From the NCBI GenBank assembly GCA_005878665.1, contig VBLR01000115.1, positions 1 through 32,476 of the forward strand: a stretch of DNA of 32,476 nt. Direction: 5' to 3'. Below the pieces are notes generated by a model. That model did no database searches. It was not told where the DNA came from and was given only the letters and a program-made list of their open reading frames with translations. Both the position numbers and the translations under genes were made by a program. Origin of the DNA: Methanobacteriota archaeon (GTDB taxonomy: Archaea; Thermoplasmatota; Thermoplasmata; RBG-16-68-12). Positions 8,325 through 20,000 of this stretch are shown here, one piece after another; within the stretch, counting starts at the first letter, position 1; each line of letters begins with the position of its first letter.

Positions 8325-8726
8325 TCATTCGCCGGGAGCTGGGCCGCTTAACTCGATCCAGATTCCGTCTGGGTCCTCGACGTATGCGAGCAGACTCGTT
8401 CCCTCAACGAACGGAGGATGGCCGACCCGTGCCCCCTTCGAAAGCAGCTCTCGGTAAGCCCGCTCGACGTCCTCGCAGGCGAACGCGATGTGGTCGAGCT
8501 CGTCCCCGTTGCGATACGGTCCTGCGAAGAACTTGGAGCCATCGGGATACCAGTTCAGTTCGAGCAACTGTTTCGATCCCGCGCTGCGAAGCTCTGCCCA
8601 TTCACCCTCTGTTTCCGGAACATGCTGACGGCGGACGACCTGCATTCCAAGAGCGTCCCGGTAGAACGAGATCGAACGGTCCATGTCTCGCACCTGAATC
8701 CCGACGTACGCGAGTTTGTAGCGCAT
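8325..8726 (-). CDS. VOC/glyoxalase family protein (lactoylglutathione lyase-like)
   Basis: VGIQVRDMDRSISFYRDALG, LLELNWY, LDHIAF, YVEDPDGIWIEL. Start set at ATG 8726 (MRYKLAY) rather than 8789. Confidence 0.88.
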   Translation of the reverse strand: MRYKLAYVGIQVRDMDRSISFYRDALGMQVVRRQHVPETEGEWAELRSAGSKQLLELNWYPDGSKFFAGPYRNGDELDHIAFACEDVERAYRELLSKGARVGHPPFVEGTSLLAYVEDPDGIWIELSGPAPGE

Positions 8727-8830
8727 GAAACCGATGGCCCCAGCCACCCGCAGCGCATAAGGGATTTCCCGCCAAACGACGGCGCGCAACGCTTGTAGCC
8801 TCGAAGGGCTATGTCCCTGGGGAGGGGGAC

Positions 8831-9205
8831 ATGATCCAAATTGACGTGGACCTCCCCGATCGACCCGGGGAACTCGCGAAGCTCGCCGCGATCTTGGGAG
8901 ACGCGGGGATCAACATCGACGCGATCGGCGGCGAATCCGCGGGCGGACGATCGTATGTGAGCCTGATCGTGAACCAGCCTGTGCAGGCGAGGGAGGCGAT
9001 GATGAAAAGCGGCTACACCTGCTCCGTGCGAACCGTGCTCGTCGTGCGCCTCGACGACAAGCCCGGAGCCCTCGCCGCCCTCGCCCGGAAACTCGGCGAT
9101 GCCGGGGTCGATGTCGTCAGCGTGATTCATCTCGGCACCGTGGGTGGCCATGCCCAGGTCGCGCTCGGCGTCGACAACCTGGAACGAGCCCGCTCCCTTG
9201 TCTGA
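8831..9205 (+). CDS. Tandem ACT-domain protein
   Basis: Two ACT signatures, LPDRPGELAKLAAILGDAGINI and LDDKPGALAALARKLGDAGVDV. GGAGGGGG SD lies directly upstream. Confidence 0.9.
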   Translation: MIQIDVDLPDRPGELAKLAAILGDAGINIDAIGGESAGGRSYVSLIVNQPVQAREAMMKSGYTCSVRTVLVVRLDDKPGALAALARKLGDAGVDVVSVIHLGTVGGHAQVALGVDNLERARSLV

Positions 9206-9247
9206 CCTCGCCCTTGCCCCGACCTGACAAGCGCCCTTCTCACGACC

Positions 9248-9273
9248 GATAACCAAAGCCCGTTTCTTAAATA
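9248..9273 (+). promoter_or_regulatory. Putative promoter: GATAACCA-N10-CTTAAATA (TATA box plus upstream motif), copy 1
   Basis: TTAAATA fits the archaeal TATA consensus. The same 8+10+8 arrangement recurs at 10780-10805. Confidence 0.65.
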
Positions 9274-9344
9274 AGGCGCGGGCCGCTCGATTTCTCCGTA
9301 CACGAAGCGCGAGGAGGTTCCCTCGCGACCCAGGCGGTCAGCGT

Positions 9345-10748
9345 ATGCAAGGGGCGATCGAAGCTCTGCTTTCCGGTCTCGTATTCCGAGGGCTCGGCCC
9401 CGCCGTCTCCGGAATCCTCATGGCGGCTCCGCTGAAGAAGGTCGCTCGGGCTCAGCTCAAGAAGATTTACGTCCTCGATGAGCGGGGCGAGATGGCCGGC
9501 GAGTACGTCCTCGATTCGGACTGCCCGATCGACTACAACGACTTCCTGAAAGTCCTGCCGGACGAAGGAATCGGCGACCGCGATTCGCTCTTCGTCGGCG
9601 AATACGTGTTCACGGCCTTCCAGAGCGGTAAGTTCGCGTTCGTCCTTCTGTCACGCGGCCAGCTCGCACCGGACGATGTCAACTGGACCGCCCTCCTCCT
9701 CACGGCCGCGGATTCGCATCTCGCGTCCGCGGCGAACCGCCCCCCACCTGCTCGTACCGAACCGAAACCGGATGCCGACAAGGGATTCGCGGAGCGTGAC
9801 GCACGCCTCCAAGCGAAGGAAAAATCCCTCGCAGAGCTGGAGGCAAAACTCAAAGCGGACGCGGCGAACGTGAGCGGGCGCCAGGAGGAGCTCGACCGGC
9901 AGAAGGCGAGGCTGGCGGCCCTCGCCGACTATTCCACCCAACTTCAGGACGCGGTGTCCAAAGGAGCCTCCCGATCCGCGAAGACCCTCGAAATCGCGGA
10001 ACAACTCGCGGCGAGTTCCAACGAGGAATCGAAGAAGGCCGAGTCGAAAGCCAATTCGGAAGTACGACAGGCGTTCGAGCAAGAGCGAAGGGCGCTCATT
10101 GCCGCGAAGACCGATCTCGAGACCCGTTACCAAGAGGCTTCCGCGCGGATCGCACAGCTCGAGAAGGAAGCGAAGGACTCCGTCGCCATCCTCGAGAAGG
10201 AGCGGGCAGAGGCCTCCGCCCGGGCCGCGGAAGATGACAAAACGCGCCGCGAGATCGAGAGCCGCGTGGCCGACCTGAGCCAGCGTTTCACTTCGATGGC
10301 GAAAGAGCGCCTCGTCGCGTCCCATCGCCCCCCGGGCGAAGTCTCCGAGGAAGTCCGGAAGGCGATGGAGGGCGAGAAAGCCGAGTTGGCGCGGGAGCGC
10401 AAATTCCTCCAACGACGGGCGATCGAGCTCTTGGATCGCGAGGAGCGAGTCCGGGACCGCGAAGCCCGGGTCGACGATCGGGACCGTGAATTCGGGCGGC
10501 GGGAGCAGGATCTCGCGGCCCGCGAGCAGGATTTGGACCGGCAGAGGACCCTCCTGGCCCAGGCGAAGCCGCAAGCCCCCGAAGTTCGCGCCGAACCGGA
10601 CGAAGCGAAAAAAGACATCGAACGGCGCGTGAAAATCATCCAGCAGAAGGCGCTGGAACTCCTGGATCGCGAGGAGAAGCTCCGAAAGCGCGCAGCGGAG
10701 CTGGAGGCGATGGAAGCTCGACTCGCCGGTCGCGTAACGGCCGAGTGA
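9345..10748 (+). CDS. Hypothetical soluble protein: N-terminal longin-like alpha/beta domain plus coiled coil; paralogue of the giant protein's cytoplasmic tail
   Basis: 467-aa ORF (alternative start ATG 9420). Globular segment LKKIYVLDERGEM...VLLSRG, a Pro-rich linker, then an E/R/K/A/L-rich coiled coil with LxxRE heptads. The C-terminal KIIQQKALELLDREEKLRK is shared with the downstream giant. Confidence 0.85.
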   Translation: MQGAIEALLSGLVFRGLGPAVSGILMAAPLKKVARAQLKKIYVLDERGEMAGEYVLDSDCPIDYNDFLKVLPDEGIGDRDSLFVGEYVFTAFQSGKFAFVLLSRGQLAPDDVNWTALLLTAADSHLASAANRPPPARTEPKPDADKGFAERDARLQAKEKSLAELEAKLKADAANVSGRQEELDRQKARLAALADYSTQLQDAVSKGASRSAKTLEIAEQLAASSNEESKKAESKANSEVRQAFEQERRALIAAKTDLETRYQEASARIAQLEKEAKDSVAILEKERAEASARAAEDDKTRREIESRVADLSQRFTSMAKERLVASHRPPGEVSEEVRKAMEGEKAELARERKFLQRRAIELLDREERVRDREARVDDRDREFGRREQDLAAREQDLDRQRTLLAQAKPQAPEVRAEPDEAKKDIERRVKIIQQKALELLDREEKLRKRAAELEAMEARLAGRVTAE

Positions 10749-10779
10749 CCGGCTCTAGTTCTCCAAGGAAATCAGGTCA

Positions 10780-10805
10780 GATAACCACCAAACGGCGCTT
10801 AAATA
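10780..10805 (+). promoter_or_regulatory. Putative promoter: GATAACCA-N10-CTTAAATA, copy 2
   Basis: Identical motifs and spacing to 9248-9273, located in the intergenic gap upstream of the giant gene. Confidence 0.65.
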
Positions 10806-11010
10806 GGTCCCAGCGGAACCGGCGGTAAGCCACCCAGACGCTCGCCAGAGTCGTGACGACTTTGAACGTCTCATGTGCCGCACTGCCAGGTTCCTACCAC
10901 GACGTCGCACGAGGTGCCTCGACTCGAACTCCCGGTCCTCCGGCCACGTCGATGAGCGGCAGCGCCGGTCGTCGCGACCCCTCCGCCTCCGTCCAGGACG
11001 TGGTGGTCTC

Positions 11011-14000
11011 GTGAAGGCGGGAACCGCGATCCTGCTCGCCTTCATCCTCCTCGCGACTGCCATCCTGGTGGTCGCAAGTCAGTCGATGCCCGACCCGCTC
11101 GCGAAGTTCCGGACCCCGGACGGTCGGCTCACGATTCCGGGGCGTGCACTGACATCGGAACTGCAACGATTGCTGTTCCATAGTAATGATCTGCAGCCTT
11201 ACACGAATGTCACCTTCCTGCTCCCGGCGAGATCCACGTATCCGACGGAGCGCCTCGTGGCCATGTCATTTGCATCTCCAAATCTCAACGTCTTCGTCCA
11301 TCTACGTCAAGCGCCGGAAACGTGGGGCAGCGCCATTGACCACGTCCTCCGAGTGTGGTTCCCACCGGTCGACTGGCACGAAGTGGGAATCGGAATCCGA
11401 GACTCGGTCCGGGACGGCGTAGGGTGGTTTTTCGATCTCTTCACGATGAACGCCAAGGCCGATACATTGTCGGTGGATTCGACCACCGTCTCGGTCGTCG
11501 ACCCGGCCGCCGCCACCTGCACGACCTCTCAATCGGCAGCGGCGGGAGACAACGCGGTGCTCGTGATGCTCAGCAATCGCGGCCCGACCGCATACACCAC
11601 CGTCACTTACGGCTCGGTCAGCCTGGGTCTGATTGCTGGGACCGCCACGAGCGGCACGGGATTCGTCCGGACGGAGATGTGGTTCTATCAGGGCGCGATT
11701 CCGAGCGGGGCGCAAACGATGACGGCCACGCTGGTGAGCGGCACCGCGAAACAGGTATGTGCAACGGTACTCCTGAGCGGCGTCTGGGCCCCGACTCCGA
11801 CTGCAGGAGGAACCAGCGCCAGCGGGACGACCGCGAATCCGAGCATTTCGATCTCTCCGGCATCCGCCGGCGAGCTGGCTTTCGCGGTGATGGGGATTCG
11901 AGGGACTACGGCACCGACGGCGGTCACCGGCACGGGAGCCACCGCGACGAGTCTCTACGGGATTGCGCCGACCCAGTGCACCAGCGCCCCCTCCACTTCA
12001 TGCGGAGCGGGGGCCGACATGCCCTTCCCCGGAACGGCAATCACGTGGACGGACGGCAACGCCACGGACTGGGTCGTTTCCGCGGTTCGTGTATTGCCCA
12101 CCCCCAACTGCGGCGCTGCATCGGGGAATTGCTACCGGATTGGCGCGGGCGGGACGTGGGCCACGGGCGCGAATTGGTCGAATACGTCCGGCGGGGCAGC
12201 GTGCGGCTGCACTCCGGTGGCAACGAACAATGCCATCTTCAACGCCACCCCCACGGGCACCACGACTCTCGCCGCGGCGACCACGATCGCCAGCATCGAC
12301 ATGACGAACTTCACCGGCACGCTCGATACGACCGCATCCAATTGGGGCCTGACGGTGAACGGCCCGTTCGCCATCCAAGGCACCCTCCTGGCCCGGAATT
12401 CGACCATCGTCGTCACCGGAGACGTGGTCATGCTGACCGCGGGGACGATCGTCAATCTCGGCGCATCGGCGTGGACGATCAACGGATTGTGGACGAATCT
12501 CTCCACCTCCGCCTCGTGGGTCGCGGGGACGAGCACGGTCACGATCCGAGATGCCGCGAGCGGGACGCTGACATTCGCCGCACTCGCCGGCGGGACGAAC
12601 GAGTTCAACAATCTCACGCTCGATGCCACCGTGACCACCAGCATCACCTACACGATGGCGGCGAACCCGCTCCGGATGGGAGCGACCCTCACGATTCGCA
12701 ACTCGACCGGCGGGGCGACGGGACCGACCATCTTGACGACATCGGCGTCGAACCTCGGCATCACGACGGGCGCGCTCGCCCTTACGACCTTTGGAAGCCT
12801 GACGGCGAATGGGTCCGCCGTCGTGGTCAACGGCAACGTGAACGTCAGCGCCGCGAACGGCTACGTCGTCATGGGTTCGTCGACCTGGACCGTCACGGGC
12901 ACTTGGACGAACGCTTCGACGTCCGCCTCATGGAGCGCCGGGACGGGCACGGTCACGTTCACGAGTGCGACCGGCGGGACGATGACGTTCGCCGGTGCGA
13001 ATCTTCCCGGGAACGAGCTCAACAACGTTTCGTTCACCTCCTCGGCCGCGTCCGCCCAGACGTTCACCATGGCAACGAGGGCCCTGATCTGGGGCGGGAC
13101 GCTCACGATCTCGGACGGTTCTTCGACCACGGCGCTCGCAACGGCGAGTCTCGGCCTGACTGGCGGCGCACTCAGCGTCGGCAACGGCGGCATCCTCACC
13201 GCGAACGCATCCACGGTCACGGCATCGAGCGTGGCGATGACCGGGGGAACGAGCGGAACGATTACGCTCACGACCAGCTCGTTCACCAGCACCGGCAACT
13301 GGGACACGAGCGGAGCCGGCTCCGTGTTCACGAAGGGAACGAGCACGGTGACGATGAGCGGTGTGGCTAACATCGCCATTCTGAACGCGAGCAACAACTT
13401 CAACAACCTAGTCATCTCCGCGGCGGGAACGGTCACCCAATCCGGGCTCGTGGACGTCTCTGGGACGTTGACCGTGAATGGCGGCTCGGTCCTCGCGAGT
13501 GGCACCTTCACGTTGACCGTGGCCACCCTCGCGGCGAACATGGCAGGTGGAATCACGGCAGGAGCGGCAGGCACGAAGACCATCACCGGGAATGTCAGCA
13601 TCGCCGCCGCGGGATACTTCAGCTTCGGCGCGGCGACCTGGAACTTCGGCGGTTCGTGGACGAACTCGTCGACGAGTGGATCGTGGTCCGTCGGAACGGG
13701 CACGGTCGTCTTCAATTCCGGCTCGTCTCGCACAATGACCTTCGCCAACTTGGGAGTCTCGGAGTTCAACAACGTGCAGTTCAGCCCGACCGCCGCAGCA
13801 ACGTTCACCATGGTCACGAACGGCCTGCGGTGGGGAGGCACGCTGACGCTCAACAACAATGCGACCCTTTCGACCGGGAACCTCGCGCTGACGGGCCCGG
13901 GCGGGAACCTCACCGTGAACAACGGGGCCACCTTGACCGCGGGCACGTCGGTCGTGAGCGCGACCAACGTGACGATGACGGGCGGGACCTCGGGAGCAAT

Positions 14001-17000
14001 CACGGCCTCCGGGTCGTGGACCGTCTCCGGAAACTGGGACACATCCGGAGCGGGCTCCGTACTCACCGCGGCTTTGAGCACGGTGACGCTGAGCGGAACC
14101 GCGAAGACCGTCCGGATCCTGAACGCATCCAACGGCTTTGGGGCACTCACGATCAGCGGCACGGTTTCCGCGGCGTCGGCAATCACCCTCTCCGGCCTCC
14201 TGACGGTCAGCGGCACCTTCGACACGACCGCGACCAACTACGGCCTGTCGATTGGCGGTGGCCTGACGGTCAGCGGCGTCGCGGGAATCCTCCGGTCAAA
14301 TGGATCGACGGTCTCTGTGGCCGGGAATGTTTCCGTGAACAATGCGGGCGGCTACATCACGTCCGGCGCCGCCGGTTCGTGGACCGTCTCGGGATCCTGG
14401 ACGAACACGTCGACGTCCGCATCTTGGAATTTCGCGGCGTCCATCACGTTTAACTCATCGGTCTCCCAAACGATGACCTTCGCGGTCCTTCCCGGAGGCG
14501 CCGCCGAGTTCACCGACATCGCGTTCAACAGCGGTCCGTCGACCGTCACGTTTACCATGGCGACGAATCGCCTCATCTGGTCGGGGACCTTGGCGGTCCA
14601 GGGTGGGGCCGGAGCGACGACGCTCGCTACGAGCAACCTGGGCCTCACCGGCGGCGCAATCACCATCGACGACGGCGGCGTGTTGACCGCGAATGCATCG
14701 GCGGTCAGTGCATCGAACGTCACGATGACCGGCGGTGCGTCAGGTACGCTGACGCTTACCACGGGCGCATGGACCATAACCGGTAACTGGGACACATCCG
14801 GCGCAGGCTCGACCTTTACGGGCACGGCCAGCACCGTGACGATGACCGGGGCGGTTACGACCGTCAAGATCCTGAACGCGTCGAACGGGTTCGGAGCACT
14901 CGTCATCGGTGGCACCGTCTCCGCCGCCTCGGCCCTCACGACCGCGGGGCTCGTGACTGTGAGTGGTACGCTCGACACGACGGCGACGAACTACGGCCTC
15001 ACGGTCGGCGGCGGACTCACCGTCAGCGGTGCGAGTGGGGTGCTCCGCTCGAATGCGTCGATTGTCTCCGTGGCCGGGAACGTGAGTATCAACAACGCCG
15101 CGGGCTACATCACATCGACGGCCGGCGGTTCTTGGACCGCGTCCGGATCGTGGACGAACTCCGCGACGTCAGCCTTGTGGAGTTTCGCCGCTCCGATCAC
15201 CTTCAACTCGTCGGCCTCGCGAACGATGACGTTCGGTAACCCGCCCCTCGAATTTGGCGGGAACGTCACCTTCAACTCCGGTGCATCGACGGTCTCTTTC
15301 ACGATGGCCGCAAACAGCCTAGACGTCGGTGGGACGCTCACAATCGCAGGCGGAGCCGGAACGACGACGCTGAATACGAGTGGTTCAAACCTCGCCATCA
15401 ACGCGGTCGCATTCGTTGTGAACGCGGGAGGAGCCCTCACGGCCAACGGGTCCACAATCACCGTCACATCGATGGACACCCATCTCGGCACGTTCGCGGT
15501 CGGCGCCTCGACCGTCGTCGTGAACGCCTCGGGCGGCACGATTGACATCACGCAGACCGTCAACAATCTCACGGTCAATCCGGCCGTCTCGACAACGTTC
15601 GCTGGATCCCTCACGTGGACGGGAACCCTCACCTTCACGAGCGCCGGGACCGTCGCGTTCGGAACGAATAGTCTGACCTCCAGTGGCGCCGCGACGTTCA
15701 CGTTCGCGTCGGCGACGGTCACGATGAGCTCGGGGAACTGGGATACGTCTTCGGCCACGACCTTCACTGCGACGAGTTCGACGGTTACGTTCTCAGGGAC
15801 TGGAAATCTTCGGATCGGGGGGAGCGCCTCCTTTGATGTGCTCGTCGTCAGTGGCGGCACCCGGACTCTCCAGAGCCAACTCACGACGGCGGGACTCCTG
15901 ACCCTTTCGGGCGGCATCCTCGCCAAGGGGGCGAACGCTCTCACTGCTAACACCGGACTGACGATGTCAGGAGGCGCGATCACGTCCACCTCCGGTGTTG
16001 TCAGCATCACCGGCAATGTATCGATCGTGGCAGCCGCGTCCTACATCGTCTTCGGTTCCGAATCCTGGACCGTGAGTGGCTCGTGGACGAACAATTCCAC
16101 GTCGGCGAGTTGGTCGATCGGAACCGCGACCGTGGCCTTCAACGCGTCCTCGGCGCAGACGATGACGTTCGCGGCTCTCCCGGGGAACGCACCCGAGTTC
16201 TACAACGTGACCTTCAATAGCGGCGTGTCGACGGTCACGTTCACGATGACGGCGAATGCCCTGGCTTGGTCCGGAATCCTCACGGTCCAAGGCGGGAGCG
16301 GGGTGACGACGCTCGCCTCGAGCAATCTCGGACTCACGGGAGGCGCCATCGTCGTAGGCAATGCGGGAGCCCTCGCGGCGAACGCCTCCGCGGTGTCCGT
16401 CTCCGGGGTGACGATGATCGGAGGTGCGAGCGGCACGTTGACGTTGACGACCGGTTCATGGACCGTCTCCGGCAGCTGGAACACAAGCGGGCTGGGCTCG
16501 GCATTCGCGAAAGGCACCTCGACGGTCACCTTGACCGGGGCCGCGCAGACCGTATCCATTCGCAACGCATCGAACGGGTTCTACAATCTCAGTGTCTCGG
16601 GCACAATCACTCAATCAACCGCCATCGATGTGTCCAATTCGTTGACGGTGAGCGGAGCGCTGGCCACCGGAGGGTTCAACATTACGGGCGGTTCGAACCT
16701 CTTCGTCCCGGATGGTGGCACCCTGGCGGCGGGCACGTCCACAGCCACGTTCACGAACGTCACGATGACCGGAGGAGTCTCTGGTACGATCTCCCTCACC
16801 GGAGCCTGGACGGTGAGCGGTTCTTGGGACAGCACGGGCGCAGGCTCGGTTCTGAACTCCGGGACATCGACCGTGACCTTCACCGGGACCTCTCAGACCA
16901 TTAGCCTCGCGGCGGGCCAGATGTTCTACAATCTCACGATCGGTGGTACAGTCTCCATCAACTCGACGGCGACCGCGGCGGCTTTAATCGTGAACAACGG

Positions 17001-20000
17001 CGCCGTCCTCACAAAGACGGGCCAGACCATCGCCTTCAACACCCTGACAGAGAACGGGACCGGGAGCATCGTCGACGGACCGATTACCGTAGTGAACTTC
17101 TCCGTCACGAACAGCGATGGAACGAACCTCACGGCCATCAGCGTGTTCACGACGTGGACAATCGACGCGGACTACACATGGACCCATTCATCCACCATCG
17201 CGACCTCGACGATCACCTTCACGATCGGGGGCAACACGAGCGGCCACCGATTCAATGTGACCAAGGACGCCGTTGATTTCACCAACGGGCTCGTGAACGG
17301 TTCCGGTCAGATCATCTTCACGATGCTCGGCTCGGACCCGGTCGTCGACGTCCGCCTTTCATCGTCTTGCGGGGGGAATCGATACTGGATCGGCGGGGCG
17401 GGTAGCTGGTCTCAGACGGCCCACTGGGCGGATTCCTCGGGCGGGGTGAACGGATGCTCCGTGCCGAGCTCCTCGAATGCGGTCTTCTTCGACGCGAGCT
17501 CCGGAGGAGGAACCGTCACGATTAATCTGAATGCCGCCGCGTCTTCGCTCAACTCGACCGGGTGGACGGGGACGCTCGCGATCGGGTCGTTCGACCTCGC
17601 GGTCGGCGGCGACATCACCCATGCGGCGGGAGTCATTTCGATTGGCCCCTCCTCCAACGCCGGCCTGACGGCAACCGGGACTCTCACCCTCTCAGGTTCC
17701 GCCGTCCTCGACGGGTCCGGCGCGGCGTCCCTGGTCACCGTCTCCGGCGACGCGTCAATCACCAGCACGTCGGCTTACTTCCGGATGGGCACTGGCACCT
17801 GGACCTTCGGAGGGTCCTGGTCCAACGGCAGCACCTCGACGAACTGGGTCGCCGGAACCGGCCTCGTGATCTTCGATTCTTCGTCCTCGCAGACGCTCAC
17901 TTTTGCGAATCTTGCGGGGGACGAATTCCACAATGTGACATTCCAGTCCGTGGCGGGCAGCGGGACAATCACCTTCTCGATGGCGGCGAACGGCCTGCGG
18001 TGGGGTGGACTCCTCGTGATCCAAGATTCCGCGGGTTCGACGACCACGCTGGTGACATCGAATCTCGCCCTGACCGGTGGATCCCTTACGGTCGGCAATT
18101 CGGGAGTCCTCATCGCGAACGCATCGAGCGTCGCCGTGGTGGATGTCACGATGGCCGGCGGAGCTTCCGGTACGCTGACCCTCACGAGCGGGTCTTGGAC
18201 CGTAAGCGGGCAATGGGACACGTCCGGCGCCGGTTCGACGTTCGCTCGGGGCACGAGCACGGTTACCCTGTCGGGCACGTCGGCGAGTGTCACGACCCTC
18301 GATGCGACCAATGGATTCAGCAATCTGGTCATTTCCGGCACGATCACGCAGAACACCGCGATCGACGTGCGCGGCACGCTGTCGGTGAGTGGCACGCTCA
18401 CCACATCGGGGAACGACCTCACGGGCGGCGCCAACCTCACGATCTCCGGAGGGGGGAGCCTGGTCGGGACCTCGTCGTCTATCGTCGTCTCCGGGGTGAC
18501 GATGAACGACGCAGGGACGAATTCCATTTCCCTCACGACCGGCTCTATTTCCGCGTCGGGTACATGGGACACCTCCGGGGCGTCCTCGGCATTCACTGCC
18601 GGCTCGTCCACCGTGACCCTCACCGCCGCCTCCGCAACGATGGCGCTCGGGCCCGCTCAAGCGCTCGCGTCCTTGATCATCGCAGGGAACGTCTCGTTGG
18701 CATCCCCGTTGACGGTCTCCTCCCTCACAATCTCCTCGGGCGGACTCGCGAAAGGCCCGCACCCGCTGACCGTGAACAGCAATCTGACGCTGGCGGGCGG
18801 CTACCTCACCTCGACGTCTGGGTCGGTCTCGATCGCAGGAAATGTGAGCATTTCTTCGGCGTCGTCTTACATCGCGTTTGGCTCGGAAACCTGGATCGTC
18901 TCCGGGAATTGGACGAACGCCTCGACCTCGGCATCTTGGTCCGCAGGGTCTGCCGTGGTCACATTCAACGCGACGACGGACCAGATCATGACATTCGCTG
19001 GGGCCAACCTTGCTGGCAACGAATTCAGCACGGTTGAGTTTGACAGCGGCTCCTCGACCACGACGTTCACGATGGCCGCAGATGGCCTTGTGGCCCAGAC
19101 CATCACAATCCAAGGTGGCTCCGGGACGACGATTTTGACGACCTCGGGTGCGAGTCTCCCAATCATGGCGAATGCCCTGACCGTGGGCATTGGTGGCGCG
19201 CTTACGGCCAACGCCAGCATCCTGACGGTGCGCTCGCTGAGCACCGCCGCTGGCGTATTCGCAGCCGGGACGTCGACCGTCGTCGTCAACCTCTCCGGCG
19301 GCTCCGTCGATGTCACGCAGACGTTGTACGACATCGTCGTGAGCCCTGGAATCAGTACGACCTTTGTCTCGAGCATCACCTGGTCCGGGGCACTAACGCT
19401 GACGAGCTCCACATCGGTTTTCAACGGCAGTCTGATTTCCAACGGCCCGGCGGTCCTGAACCTCGGAGCATCCACGCTCTCCATCGCAGGATCGTGGGAC
19501 ACCTCCTCGACGACGACTCTCACGTCGATCGGCTCCGCGGTGACCTTTACCAGCGTGACCGGCTCGATCACCCTCGGTGCGAGTCAGCGGTTCGCCACGT
19601 TGACCATCGCCGGGACCGTCGCTCTCGCGACCGACCTGAGCGCGGACACCCTGACCGTGACAAGCTCGAACGTATTGACGATGACGAACCACCGCATCGC
19701 ATTCAACAGTCTGACGGTCAGCGGGACGATTACAGACGGATCCGTCAACGTGACCGACCTCACGGTCACGAACAGCGACACGACCGCCTCGGTCACCATT
19801 GCGGGGTTCAGCGAGTGGTCCCGAGGCTCCTCATACGCCTGGACCCACACCTCGAGCGAATCGTCCCAGACGATCACGTGGACGATCGGTGGAAATGCCG
19901 CGACCATCCCGTACGCCGTGACGAAAGACGGCTCGTCCTTCGCAACCGGAACGGTCAACAGTTCCGGTCAGGTGATCTTCACGATGCTCGGCTCCGACCC

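Noticed and set aside
6451-8457. 668-aa alternative-frame ORF and 546-aa antisense ORF over the acyl-CoA synthetase
   Set aside because: Arg/Pro/Gly-rich off-frame products with no domain signal.
11355-19958. Many long overlapping ORFs within the giant gene (e.g. 11355-13370, 12861-14237, 17562-19037)
   Set aside because: Frame-shifted or antisense shadows of a Thr/Gly/Ser-rich repetitive gene.
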